This document shows, piece by piece, positions 46,027-54,477 of a stretch of 61,267 nucleotides of DNA. The position numbers and the translations under genes were made by a program. Positions within the stretch are counted from its first letter, which is position 1; every line of letters begins with the position of its first letter. The notes beneath the pieces were generated by a model. The model saw only the letters and a program-made list of their open reading frames with translations, ran no database searches and was not told the origin of the DNA. Source of the stretch: an uncultured Candidatus Saccharibacteria bacterium (GTDB taxonomy: Bacteria > Patescibacteriota > Minisyncoccia > Phycocordibacterales > CAIZIN01); NCBI GenBank assembly GCA_964462115.1, contig CAYWWA010000001.1, positions 25,795 through 87,061 of the forward strand, written 5' to 3'.

Positions 46027-47442
46027 TTACTGATATTGTATATAGATTGGCACTGGCCTTAGATTCAAAACATCTTGAGGAGTCATCAAATCCCAACATG
46101 GTTTGTGAGAAAACCATAATTGATCAGCCGAAATACCAGAACATTTACCAGTATCCAGATTCAAATATTTGTTAAAAATTTCTATCAGAGAAGTCCCTTT
46201 CATATTGGTATCATTTTTATAAAAAATTTTAATCCCGGCAAACTGGATCGGCTCAGTCATTAATTGATGATAAATTCCGGTTTTTTGATCAATCGCACTT
46301 CGCAAATAATCTCCCGCATAAAGTCCATGACCATCAGCGTCAATCACCACCTGCACCTCTGGAACTTTTTTTATCTTTTGATAATCTGTAATCATCCCCA
46401 TCTGGAAACGGTGAACAACTAAAATTTTAGGAGGCAAATTATGCTCTCGCACAATTTCAGCCAACCAATCAATCGTATAATTGATATCTTCCGCCTCAAA
46501 ATAACCAACCTTTTTACCGGGAGCCGTCCCATCCTTCATAGAAAATTCTGGGTCAATCCCTAGATGCACTTCGGGGAGAGTAAAATATTTTTGATAATGA
46601 ATTAATTGAGTAGCTAAATTAGATAAACCAACCTGAAAATCTAAGAAAACAATACCGTCAATTTTATCAGCCATTGCAATTACCTTGTCCACTTTATCAT
46701 CACTAATATAAGCACTATAACTACCATCCCCCTGAGGGCTGCTTTGAGCCGAAGTGACAATCTCATGAAGAGCTGGGATGACTGGCGTATCTGGGTCAGC
46801 TCTTCTCCAACGTTCCACTTCCTCTTTTAACTTTTGCAACAAGACCTCTTCGCCACCATTATTGTATAGTTCGCCCAAAGCTCCCATACCAACTGAATTC
46901 AAATGTCCGTAATAGGCCACAATTCTATTAAAAGGCAATAATGCTCCAGCTAAAGGATAAACATCGGGATCCACCGGCCAGCCAGTGGCACGTTTAGAGG
47001 CTACAACTTTCTCAAGATAAAGTGGTGTTTCAATCACCCCCTCGCTACCATCCACAAATTGAACTCGCAGGGTGCTAGTGGCTAAAACTTTTTCCAACCT
47101 CTGCCCACCACCATCACCTCCTGCTAATAAATCCATGCGGCGATCATATTCATTCTGATCCAGTTGCACAGTTACTTCTACTGTAGCCTGATTAACTACA
47201 ATTGGGTCGGCTACTAAACCATCCTGAAAACCATCAACGATTAGCTCATCGCTGACTGTATCGGTAATATCTGTAAAATTATTATCCTTGATTAAGCTAT
47301 CACCTAAGCGATCAAACCAGTAACCCACCCGACCACCAAAAACAAAAAATAGTATTGCTAAAACAAACAAAAAACATAGTATCAAAATTTTACTGATAAA
47401 ACCAAATATTGTTTTTTTCTGCTTTTTTATTTTTTTTACCAT
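46027..47442 (-). CDS. Membrane-anchored hypothetical protein (possibly a TIM-barrel/glycoside-hydrolase-like fold)
   Basis: 471 aa with an N-terminal TM. The fold guess is weak. Confidence 0.55.
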   Translation of the reverse strand: MVKKIKKQKKTIFGFISKILILCFLFVLAILFFVFGGRVGYWFDRLGDSLIKDNNFTDITDTVSDELIVDGFQDGLVADPIVVNQATVEVTVQLDQNEYDRRMDLLAGGDGGGQRLEKVLATSTLRVQFVDGSEGVIETPLYLEKVVASKRATGWPVDPDVYPLAGALLPFNRIVAYYGHLNSVGMGALGELYNNGGEEVLLQKLKEEVERWRRADPDTPVIPALHEIVTSAQSSPQGDGSYSAYISDDKVDKVIAMADKIDGIVFLDFQVGLSNLATQLIHYQKYFTLPEVHLGIDPEFSMKDGTAPGKKVGYFEAEDINYTIDWLAEIVREHNLPPKILVVHRFQMGMITDYQKIKKVPEVQVVIDADGHGLYAGDYLRSAIDQKTGIYHQLMTEPIQFAGIKIFYKNDTNMKGTSLIEIFNKYLNLDTGKCSGISADQLWFSHKPCWDLMTPQDVLNLRPVPIYIQYQ

Positions 47443-47465
47443 TCATCCCTAAAAGTTAAACTAAA

Positions 47466-49043
47466 CTAAAAATTAACCCAGACCTGATCTTCACGCTCAA
47501 CCCCAGAAATAACTTCAACATAACCAAAAGAATCTTTCTCACCCACTACTATGGTTTTTTCCACGACTTTTTTTTCACCTCTGTCATTGTCTACAATTAT
47601 TTTAACTTTCTTATCTCCACCCTCATCAATAATAACTCGGGCGGGCAATAAATTAACTCCCGATCTTTCACTGGTGATAATTTCCAAGTTGATAGTCATA
47701 CCTGACTTCAAAGTAGGTTTATTTTCACCCAGTTCAACCAAATTCAACAAGACCCGATAAGTCGCTACCCCATCATGAATAGTTTGGGCTGGGTCAATTT
47801 TGGCTACTGTGGCTAAATATCTTGCTTGATTTTCGTCAGCATCCAGATGAAACCTAGCGTTATTTCCAACCGCGATACCTATAATATTTAGCTCTGGCAC
47901 ATAAACCTCGAGCTGTAATTGGGGCGACATAATAGCCAACAATTCTCCTCCCAGCAAAACTTGCTGACCAACTTTCAGATTTTGTCTATAAATAATACCG
48001 TCTACTGGAGAGAGTATGACATTTTTATTTTTCTTAACTTGAAGTGTGCCGATACTAGACCGAACAGCTTGGACTTCCGCTTCTGCCGCTGTGAGATTAG
48101 CTAAAGCTGTTTCTACTTTGGCCAACTGAACACTTTCATCTACACTAATCACTTTCAAACTATCTTCTGTGCTATGTAATTTTGCCACCGCCTGCGTTAG
48201 ATTATTACGAATAGTAGCTACTTCATTTTTGTATTGCTCTGGACTACTGGTTAAATCAGATTGACTTAAATCTTCCACCGTAATCTGATTCACAATATTA
48301 GCAAAGTCAACAAGGAACAGACGCAAGCTTTCTAAATTTTGATAGACCAAGGCAGTATTCTGTAAAATAATCTGCTGGTCATTTCTAGCTAAAAATTTGT
48401 TCCAATCATCTTTTATGACTAACAGATTTTTATAATTTTTTTCCACTTTGTTTTTTAATTCACTCACATTGTAACCTTGAGGTAAAAATTTGAAATTGGT
48501 CGAATAGGAATTAGGTTCGTTGAAAAATTGAGCCACAGTGATAGCTAAGGTGTTGTCAAACAACTCAAAAGCTTGTCTAATTTCTTCCCACATCTTTCGT
48601 TCGGCAATTTCTTGTTGGCTACTCTGATTCTGATTTCGTTCTTGAATTTGTTTTAATAATAATTCTTCAGTTGCTAAACCAACCCTAGCCACTTCTACTT
48701 GTGATAAAACTGCTTGTAATTTGGAATTTTCGCCACTGATAGCAAGATCAATTTCCTGACCATCGATTTCTAATAAAGCATCACCAGTTAAAACCTGATC
48801 TCCTACTTCATAATTTATTTTTTTAATAATACCATTACTTTCTGCGGTTAAAAATAATTCGTCTTGTGGGATTAACCGTCCTGACACATTAACAATTTTA
48901 ATCAAATCACCCTGTGTCAGCTGCACAGTTTGATAACCGTTGTCACGCTGTTGATAAAAGGAAGCAAGACTAAATAACATCACCAAAACTATCAATAAAA
49001 CTAAAACCCAATAAAAAATTTTTGCCAGGTGTTTTCGAGCCAT
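47466..49043 (-). CDS. HlyD/MacA-type periplasmic adaptor (membrane fusion protein) with a long coiled coil
   Basis: N-terminal TM, biotinyl-lipoyl-like halves (GIIKKINYEVGDQVLTGDALLEID ... SPVDGIIYRQNLKVGQQV), and a central coiled coil. Confidence 0.75.
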   Translation of the reverse strand: MARKHLAKIFYWVLVLLIVLVMLFSLASFYQQRDNGYQTVQLTQGDLIKIVNVSGRLIPQDELFLTAESNGIIKKINYEVGDQVLTGDALLEIDGQEIDLAISGENSKLQAVLSQVEVARVGLATEELLLKQIQERNQNQSSQQEIAERKMWEEIRQAFELFDNTLAITVAQFFNEPNSYSTNFKFLPQGYNVSELKNKVEKNYKNLLVIKDDWNKFLARNDQQIILQNTALVYQNLESLRLFLVDFANIVNQITVEDLSQSDLTSSPEQYKNEVATIRNNLTQAVAKLHSTEDSLKVISVDESVQLAKVETALANLTAAEAEVQAVRSSIGTLQVKKNKNVILSPVDGIIYRQNLKVGQQVLLGGELLAIMSPQLQLEVYVPELNIIGIAVGNNARFHLDADENQARYLATVAKIDPAQTIHDGVATYRVLLNLVELGENKPTLKSGMTINLEIITSERSGVNLLPARVIIDEGGDKKVKIIVDNDRGEKKVVEKTIVVGEKDSFGYVEVISGVEREDQVWVNF

Positions 49044-49123
49044 ATGTTATATTAACCATAACACAAAGTTCCTATTTTTACACAAAAACTATGCAAAACT
49101 AATAAGAGTTTCAGTCCAGCCAA

Positions 49124-50353
49124 TTATCGCACCAGTGGCCAACCCAACCTGTCCCAAACTTTTTGTCTAATTTCTTCGCCAGCTAACCTAGTAACTTTAT
49201 CTCTATTTTCGGAAACTACTACATCGAAAGACCACTCTGGTCGGTATTTAACCAAATTATTTGTCCCAACGGCTCGTGAACAACTCTCTGCCCCCAACAA
49301 ACAATCATTCAAAATAGCACTCCATTTTACCGCTTGATCATCCAACTCAAAATCAGCAACCAGCTGTGCAGATTGAGTCACCTCTTGATCAAACCATTGA
49401 TCAAAAATAAAATTACCCAAAGAATAAGCGATGAGTTTACCCTGATACATTTCCACCGGTTGAACCCAGTGAGAATGATCACCAATTACCATCTCTGCCC
49501 CAGCCTCAATCATTTGACGATAAATTTTTCTTTGCCACTCAGCTGGTTCGGCCTGATATTCCTCTCCCGCATGCACCATCACGATGGTCGGTAAAATCTC
49601 GCTAAATCGTTTAAGTGGTTCTAAATCATTTTCACCAATCTGACGATAAACCCCATGATAGCCACAAAAAGCCATGGGGATTTTACCCTCCACCACTGTT
49701 AAGTCAGATTGAATTTGACGAAAATTTACAGCCAGCACTTTACATATTTCATCTTGTTGCTTTAAATCATAATGACCAAAATGTTGGAGTTGATTATTAT
49801 TTAAATGAATTTGGGTCTCATAAAAACCATCCACCCCTTGATTGTCTGTATGGTTAGTAGCTAAAGAAAAAATAGAAAAATATTTTGCTACTTCAGGTAG
49901 AAAATCTGGATCACAATTAAATTTTAATAATTGACTCTCTTCATAAGAATTGTGTAAATTATTTTTTTCAGTAATTGGACACTCTAAATCAGCCACCCAA
50001 TCAGTATATTTTCCGCGTTGGTACTCTGATAGTTGAGCAAAAGGATGAGCGGTGCCTAAGGTAGAATTACGAGCAATATTATTAATTCCTCTAGCCCAAA
50101 AAACATTACCTGTAAACAAAATTTTTCCTCCCCGCCAAACCACTGGTAACTCTATCGTTTGAGAAATTTTTTCATGAGAAATTTCTTGCAAAATTTTTTC
50201 TCGCTCGGAATCAGATAGAGTAAAAAATAAATCTTTTGATTCATCAACTGCCCCCTGATCGTCAATTACTTTTTGACCCCAATAAAGTCCCAACCCAAAA
50301 ACAAAAAGTAAAAACACCGCCCAGCGAATGAGCTTTTTTCGTTTGCGGGACAT
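49124..50353 (-). CDS. CapA-family (PGA_cap) metallophosphatase-like protein
   Basis: VMVHAGEEY...VIGDHSHWVQP...AYSLGNFIFDQ motifs with an N-terminal TM. The start at MSRKRKK (50353) lies 16 nt after tRNA-Val. Confidence 0.8.
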   Translation of the reverse strand: MSRKRKKLIRWAVFLLFVFGLGLYWGQKVIDDQGAVDESKDLFFTLSDSEREKILQEISHEKISQTIELPVVWRGGKILFTGNVFWARGINNIARNSTLGTAHPFAQLSEYQRGKYTDWVADLECPITEKNNLHNSYEESQLLKFNCDPDFLPEVAKYFSIFSLATNHTDNQGVDGFYETQIHLNNNQLQHFGHYDLKQQDEICKVLAVNFRQIQSDLTVVEGKIPMAFCGYHGVYRQIGENDLEPLKRFSEILPTIVMVHAGEEYQAEPAEWQRKIYRQMIEAGAEMVIGDHSHWVQPVEMYQGKLIAYSLGNFIFDQWFDQEVTQSAQLVADFELDDQAVKWSAILNDCLLGAESCSRAVGTNNLVKYRPEWSFDVVVSENRDKVTRLAGEEIRQKVWDRLGWPLVR

Positions 50354-50369
50354 AAATAACATTGTTTTG

Positions 50370-50442
50370 TGCGCGATAGAGGACTTGAACCTCTGACCCT
50401 CCCCACGTCAAGGGGATGCTCTACCAACTGAGCTAACCGCGC
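50370..50442 (-). tRNA. tRNA-Val (anticodon GAC)
   Basis: 73-nt cloverleaf folded by hand: acceptor gcgcggt/atcgcgc, D arm gctc-agttggta-gagc, anticodon loop ttGACgt, T arm agagg-ttcaagt-cctct. TGTTATAAT ends 9 nt upstream of the mature 5' end. Confidence 0.92.
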
Positions 50443-50514
50443 GACAACGGCATTATAACACAACAAGTAAAAAAACGAAATGACTTTGTATTATAAGGTC
50501 GAAATAGCTTTAGC

Positions 50515-50543
50515 TTGCATTTTTAAGCTAAATATGGTATAAT
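50515..50543 (+). promoter_or_regulatory. Strong sigma-70 promoter, TTGCAT-17 nt-(TGg)TATAAT
   Basis: ttgcat ttttaagctaaatatgg tataat, read directly. There is no ORF downstream. Confidence 0.7.
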
Positions 50544-50549
50544 TAAAGG

Positions 50550-50682
50550 ATGGGGCTTACAAATTTGGCGGATAGGTCCACCAGTCCAAGTAGCGGCGAG
50601 CGAAAATAGGGTCGGTGGAACCAAGTTTGTGAGACCATGAGCGAGATAATAAGGTACACTTCTTGTTGTCTCGCTCTTTTTT
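50550..50682 (+). ncRNA. Candidate ~130-nt sRNA: a long closing hairpin plus an intrinsic terminator
   Basis: ggcttacaaatttgg pairs with ccaagtttgtgagacc, and ggtccacc pairs with ggtggaacc. Terminator gagcgaga...tctcgctc plus T6 lies at 50639-50682. Confidence 0.5.
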
Positions 50683-50920
50683 ATTGCCATTGAAATTATT
50701 TCAGAAAAAAACCCCTAGATGCATAGGGTTTTTGACCAAAAAGAAAAGATAAACTTGCCAGACTGATCCGGACTTCGATAAACAGCTCTTAGCGAACAAG
50801 GCTGCCAGTCTTCGGGTTTATTTTTTCCTTAAGGAACAGATAGTTTTGCATCAAACTATTTCCGATTAAAGTTTAACAAATATTTTACTTAAGTAAATAA
50901 AAATGTTGATATATTAAACC

Positions 50921-51412
50921 CTATTTTTCCGTCCATTTTTTTAAAATCCAAGATGATGAATTGGGTTTTTGTCGTCCAGAAATTTTTGTGCCTACGTTGT
51001 ATTTGATTTCAATATCTAACTCCTGGCACACTGCAATTTCAGGAATATTGTCGGCAGTTCGATCTCCCCCTTTGGCAAAGACTAGCTTATGGGGGCGAGG
51101 ATATTTTTTCCGCACCAAACGTAAACCGGCACAAGCAGAATTATCATTATCATCAAAATCCACTGCCTCAATTACCCCTTTAATATTTTCTAAAATAGTT
51201 TTTCTGGTATCACGGTGATGAAAATTTTTACCTTTTTTTCGCACCAACCACTCATCAGAATTCAAAAGCACAATTACCCCATCAGAATTTTCTCGACTTT
51301 CAATAATATTTTCAATGTGTCCTTCGTGAATTGGATCGTAACCACCTGAAACAATGTAGAAAGTTTTTATTGGTTTTTTGTGATATTTTATTTTTTGGTG
51401 CTTTTTAATCAT
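50921..51412 (-). CDS. Cytidylyltransferase-like nucleotidyltransferase (TagD/RfaE-domain-II-like)
   Basis: 163 aa with the GGYDPIHEGHI (HxGH) motif. Confidence 0.75.
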   Translation of the reverse strand: MIKKHQKIKYHKKPIKTFYIVSGGYDPIHEGHIENIIESRENSDGVIVLLNSDEWLVRKKGKNFHHRDTRKTILENIKGVIEAVDFDDNDNSACAGLRLVRKKYPRPHKLVFAKGGDRTADNIPEIAVCQELDIEIKYNVGTKISGRQKPNSSSWILKKWTEK

Positions 51413-51415
51413 ATT

Positions 51416-52237
51416 TTAATAATGAGATATATAGTTATCAAATAATTGTAATAATTGCTGAGTAAGTTGACCTACTCGACCAGTGCCAACTTTTTTAGCA
51501 TCCAACTTTGTAACTGGACAAACTTTTTTATTGGTGCCAGTGATAAAAATTTCATCGGCGGTTTTTAATTCACCCACTGTTACCTCCCTAATTTCAGTTT
51601 TGATTTTTAATTTTTTAGCTAATTCCAAAACTACTTGACGAGTGACTCCTGGCAAAATATCTTTCTTGGGGGTAATTAGAACATTATTTTTTACCACAAA
51701 AATATTAGAAGTTGCCCCCTCATAAACTTTACCTTGCCACACATAAATTAGTTCCAAAATTTTCTTTTGTCGTTTCCAACTATCTAAGCGTAAATTTTCA
51801 AGGTAATTAGTAGTTTTGGCACTTGGTAAATAACGTAAATATTCATGAGTTTGGACGGAGGCACCCTGTGCAAAAATTTCTGGTTTAAATACAAAAATTT
51901 CTTCACACAGAATGTAAAAAGTTGGTTTTTTATTTATTACCGACTCACCACCGGTTAATATCGCTCTAAAACCAGCCTCTTTGATTTTATTTTTTACCAA
52001 AAGCTCTAAACAAATTTTCTCAAAATCAGCTAAAGAAATTGGCACTAATAAGTTGATACTTTTGGCTGAATTACAAAATCTCTGATAGTGTTCTTTACAA
52101 CGAAAAATTCTGCCATTATAAGAACGAAAATAGTCAAACACGGCGTAGCCACGTTCTAAGCCTAAATCGTGGGGAGCGATCTTAATTTTGTCGGTTGGGA
52201 CAATTTTCTCTTGAAAAAAACTGAATTTATATAACAT
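51416..52237 (-). CDS. Class IV aminotransferase (branched-chain or D-amino-acid aminotransferase)
   Basis: GLERGYAVFDYFR...ANYLENLR-like motif (KTTNYLENLR) and the fold-type IV pattern. TGATATAAT-N7-ATG supports the start at MLYKFSF (52237). Confidence 0.8.
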   Translation of the reverse strand: MLYKFSFFQEKIVPTDKIKIAPHDLGLERGYAVFDYFRSYNGRIFRCKEHYQRFCNSAKSINLLVPISLADFEKICLELLVKNKIKEAGFRAILTGGESVINKKPTFYILCEEIFVFKPEIFAQGASVQTHEYLRYLPSAKTTNYLENLRLDSWKRQKKILELIYVWQGKVYEGATSNIFVVKNNVLITPKKDILPGVTRQVVLELAKKLKIKTEIREVTVGELKTADEIFITGTNKKVCPVTKLDAKKVGTGRVGQLTQQLLQLFDNYISHY

Positions 52238-52257
52238 AGAAGTGATTATATCACTTT

Positions 52258-52433
52258 TCAAATTTTTAATCAAATTAGCCTATACTTCGAGTTCATTATG
52301 TGTTGTATTATCAAATAGTTGTTGTTTTGAAACCCAAACCTGAGGTGTAATGAGCGAAGTGTTCACTGCCTAGTAGGCTAATGCTCCGTTCAAAAGCAGC
52401 AAACAGCAACCATCACGGGGTTGCTGTTTTTTT
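52258..52433 (+). ncRNA. Candidate ~175-nt structured RNA ending in an intrinsic terminator upstream of rnr
   Basis: attagccta pairs with taggctaat, acttcg with cgaagt, and tcatta with taatga. The terminator is cagcaacc-atcacgg-ggttgctg plus T7 (52401-52433). rnr has its own -10 box downstream of it. The 5' end is uncertain. Confidence 0.4.
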
Positions 52434-52473
52434 ATTTAAAAAGAATTAAAATTATGTTATAATACTAAAAATA

Positions 52474-54462
52474 ATGACCAAGAAACCATCATCTCCTCGA
52501 GATTATCAATATCAAAAAAATAAAAAACCGACAGCTAAAAAAAACAATAGACGAATTGAAGGACAAATCTTAATCAATTCTCACGGAGTTGGTTTTTTAT
52601 CCTGGCAAAAAAACGATGAGTTACAAGATGATATCAGAATAGAAAAAAAAGACCTAAACTGTGCCCTCAATAAAGATAAGGTAGTAGTACAAATTCTCTA
52701 TAAAAACCGCACGCAAGTTTACGGCCAAGTGGTAAAAATTTTAACCCAAGCTAAGCAAAATTTTGTGGGAGAAATTTACCAAAACGGCGACAAGTGGTGG
52801 GTGCGAGCCGATGATAAAAAAGTTTACGCCGAGATTTTAGTCAAACGTTTTTTGGTGCCAGCAAAAAGTGGTGAAAAAGTTTTAATTAAAATTAACAACT
52901 GGCGAGCCGGCGTGCCCGAGGGAGAAGTTTTAACTAATCTGGGTGTGGTTGGCAACAATAATACTGAAATGTTTTCTATTGCCATGGAAAAAGGCTTCAA
53001 CCACAACTTCCCCCAAGCGGTTGAAGAGGAGGTAAAAAAAATAGCTGAAAATTATCAAAAAAATTGCCAACAAGAATTAAAATATCGTTTAGACCTACGC
53101 CAAATTTGGACTTGTACCATTGACCCTGCTGATGCGAAAGATTTCGACGATGCTCTATCGGTGGAAAAATTAGCCAACGGTAATTTATCAGTCGGGGTGC
53201 ATATTGCCGATGTTAGCTACTTTGTGCGTCCTAATTCCCTGTTGGATAAAGAGGCCAACCAGCGAGGTTGTTCGGTCTATCTAGTCGACCGCACCATCCC
53301 TATGCTACCAGAAAAATTATCCAATGATCTATGTTCACTCAATCCCAACGAAGACAAGTTAGCTTTTTCCGCTATCTTTGAGATTGACAAAAATGGCGAA
53401 GTGATAAAAAGAAAATTTGGACGAAGTATTATTCGCTCCAATAAAAGATTTACCTACGAAGAGGCTCAAGAAATTTTAAATCAAAAAACTGGCACTTTTT
53501 TTACCGAATTAAATGCACTCAACTCTTTAGCTAAAAAAATGCAACAAAAATCAGTTGATAAAGGAGTGATCAATTTTGAAACCGATGAAATTAAATTTAA
53601 ATTGGACAAAAACGGTAAGCCAATAGAAGTTTTCCTCAAAGCCAGACAAGATACCAACAAGATGATCGAAAGTTTTATGCTCCTTGCTAACCGCGAAGTG
53701 GCTAAATTTTTAGACAGTTTTGAAAATAAACACCAAGTCCAAAATTCTGCTATCCTGTTCCGAATCCACGATCAACCAAACGCCGACAGACTAGCCAACT
53801 TATCACGCTTGGTTGCTGCGCTTGGTTATGAGTTACCAATCAAAAACGGTAAAGTAAAAGTGAAAGATTTACAAAAGTTGATGGACGTAGTAGAAGGTAA
53901 GAATGAAGCCAACTTAATCAAAACCGCCACGATTCGTTCCATGGCTAAGGCCATTTATTCCACGAAAAATATTGGCCACTTTGGTTTAGCGGAAAATTTT
54001 TATACTCACTTTACTTCCCCAATTCGCCGTTATCCTGATTTATTGATTCATCGTATTTTAGCCAAATATTTAATTAGTGACCAAGTTGATCCGCGCGATA
54101 TTTTCTACTACGAACAAGCCGCCAAAAACGCTACTGAACGAGAAATCGCAGCGGCAGAAGCTGAACGTGATTCTATCAAATACAAACAAATTGAGTTAGT
54201 CCAAAATTATTTAGGTCAGACTCGCCAAGGAGTAATTTCTGGCTTAACCGAGTGGGGCTTATATATTGAAGATAGCGAAACTAAAGCTGAAGGCATGGTG
54301 CGGATCAAAGATTTGGGTGATGACTTTTTTGCTTTAGATAAAGATAATTATAAAATCGTTGGTGAGAAAACTCGGCAAAAATTTCGCCTAGGTGACAAGG
54401 TGCAGTTTCAATTTTTGAAAGCTGATTTAGAAACCAAGACGATTGACGTTAAAATTATCTAA
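52474..54462 (+). CDS. rnr: Ribonuclease R (RNB family 3'-5' exoribonuclease with a C-terminal S1 domain)
   Basis: 662 aa with the RNB motifs IDPADAKDFDDALS and HFGL...YTHFTSPIRRYPDL, and a C-terminal S1-like barrel. TGTTATAAT-N10-ATG lies upstream. Confidence 0.93.
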   Translation: MTKKPSSPRDYQYQKNKKPTAKKNNRRIEGQILINSHGVGFLSWQKNDELQDDIRIEKKDLNCALNKDKVVVQILYKNRTQVYGQVVKILTQAKQNFVGEIYQNGDKWWVRADDKKVYAEILVKRFLVPAKSGEKVLIKINNWRAGVPEGEVLTNLGVVGNNNTEMFSIAMEKGFNHNFPQAVEEEVKKIAENYQKNCQQELKYRLDLRQIWTCTIDPADAKDFDDALSVEKLANGNLSVGVHIADVSYFVRPNSLLDKEANQRGCSVYLVDRTIPMLPEKLSNDLCSLNPNEDKLAFSAIFEIDKNGEVIKRKFGRSIIRSNKRFTYEEAQEILNQKTGTFFTELNALNSLAKKMQQKSVDKGVINFETDEIKFKLDKNGKPIEVFLKARQDTNKMIESFMLLANREVAKFLDSFENKHQVQNSAILFRIHDQPNADRLANLSRLVAALGYELPIKNGKVKVKDLQKLMDVVEGKNEANLIKTATIRSMAKAIYSTKNIGHFGLAENFYTHFTSPIRRYPDLLIHRILAKYLISDQVDPRDIFYYEQAAKNATEREIAAAEAERDSIKYKQIELVQNYLGQTRQGVISGLTEWGLYIEDSETKAEGMVRIKDLGDDFFALDKDNYKIVGEKTRQKFRLGDKVQFQFLKADLETKTIDVKII

Positions 54463-54477
54463 ACACCTTAAACACAA

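Noticed and set aside
50266-50466. 66-aa ORF on the minus strand.
   Set aside because: It is read straight through tRNA-Val (50370-50442) and the start of the CapA-like gene. It is an artefact of the tRNA sequence.
50550-50682. Calling the 130-nt hairpin RNA the SRP (4.5S) RNA.
   Set aside because: The shape and size fit, but I could not locate the conserved helix-8 GNAR tetraloop or the AGCA/GGUCC symmetric-loop motifs. The adjacent region 50700-50830 contains GUCCGG and GCAGCC, but in the wrong order.
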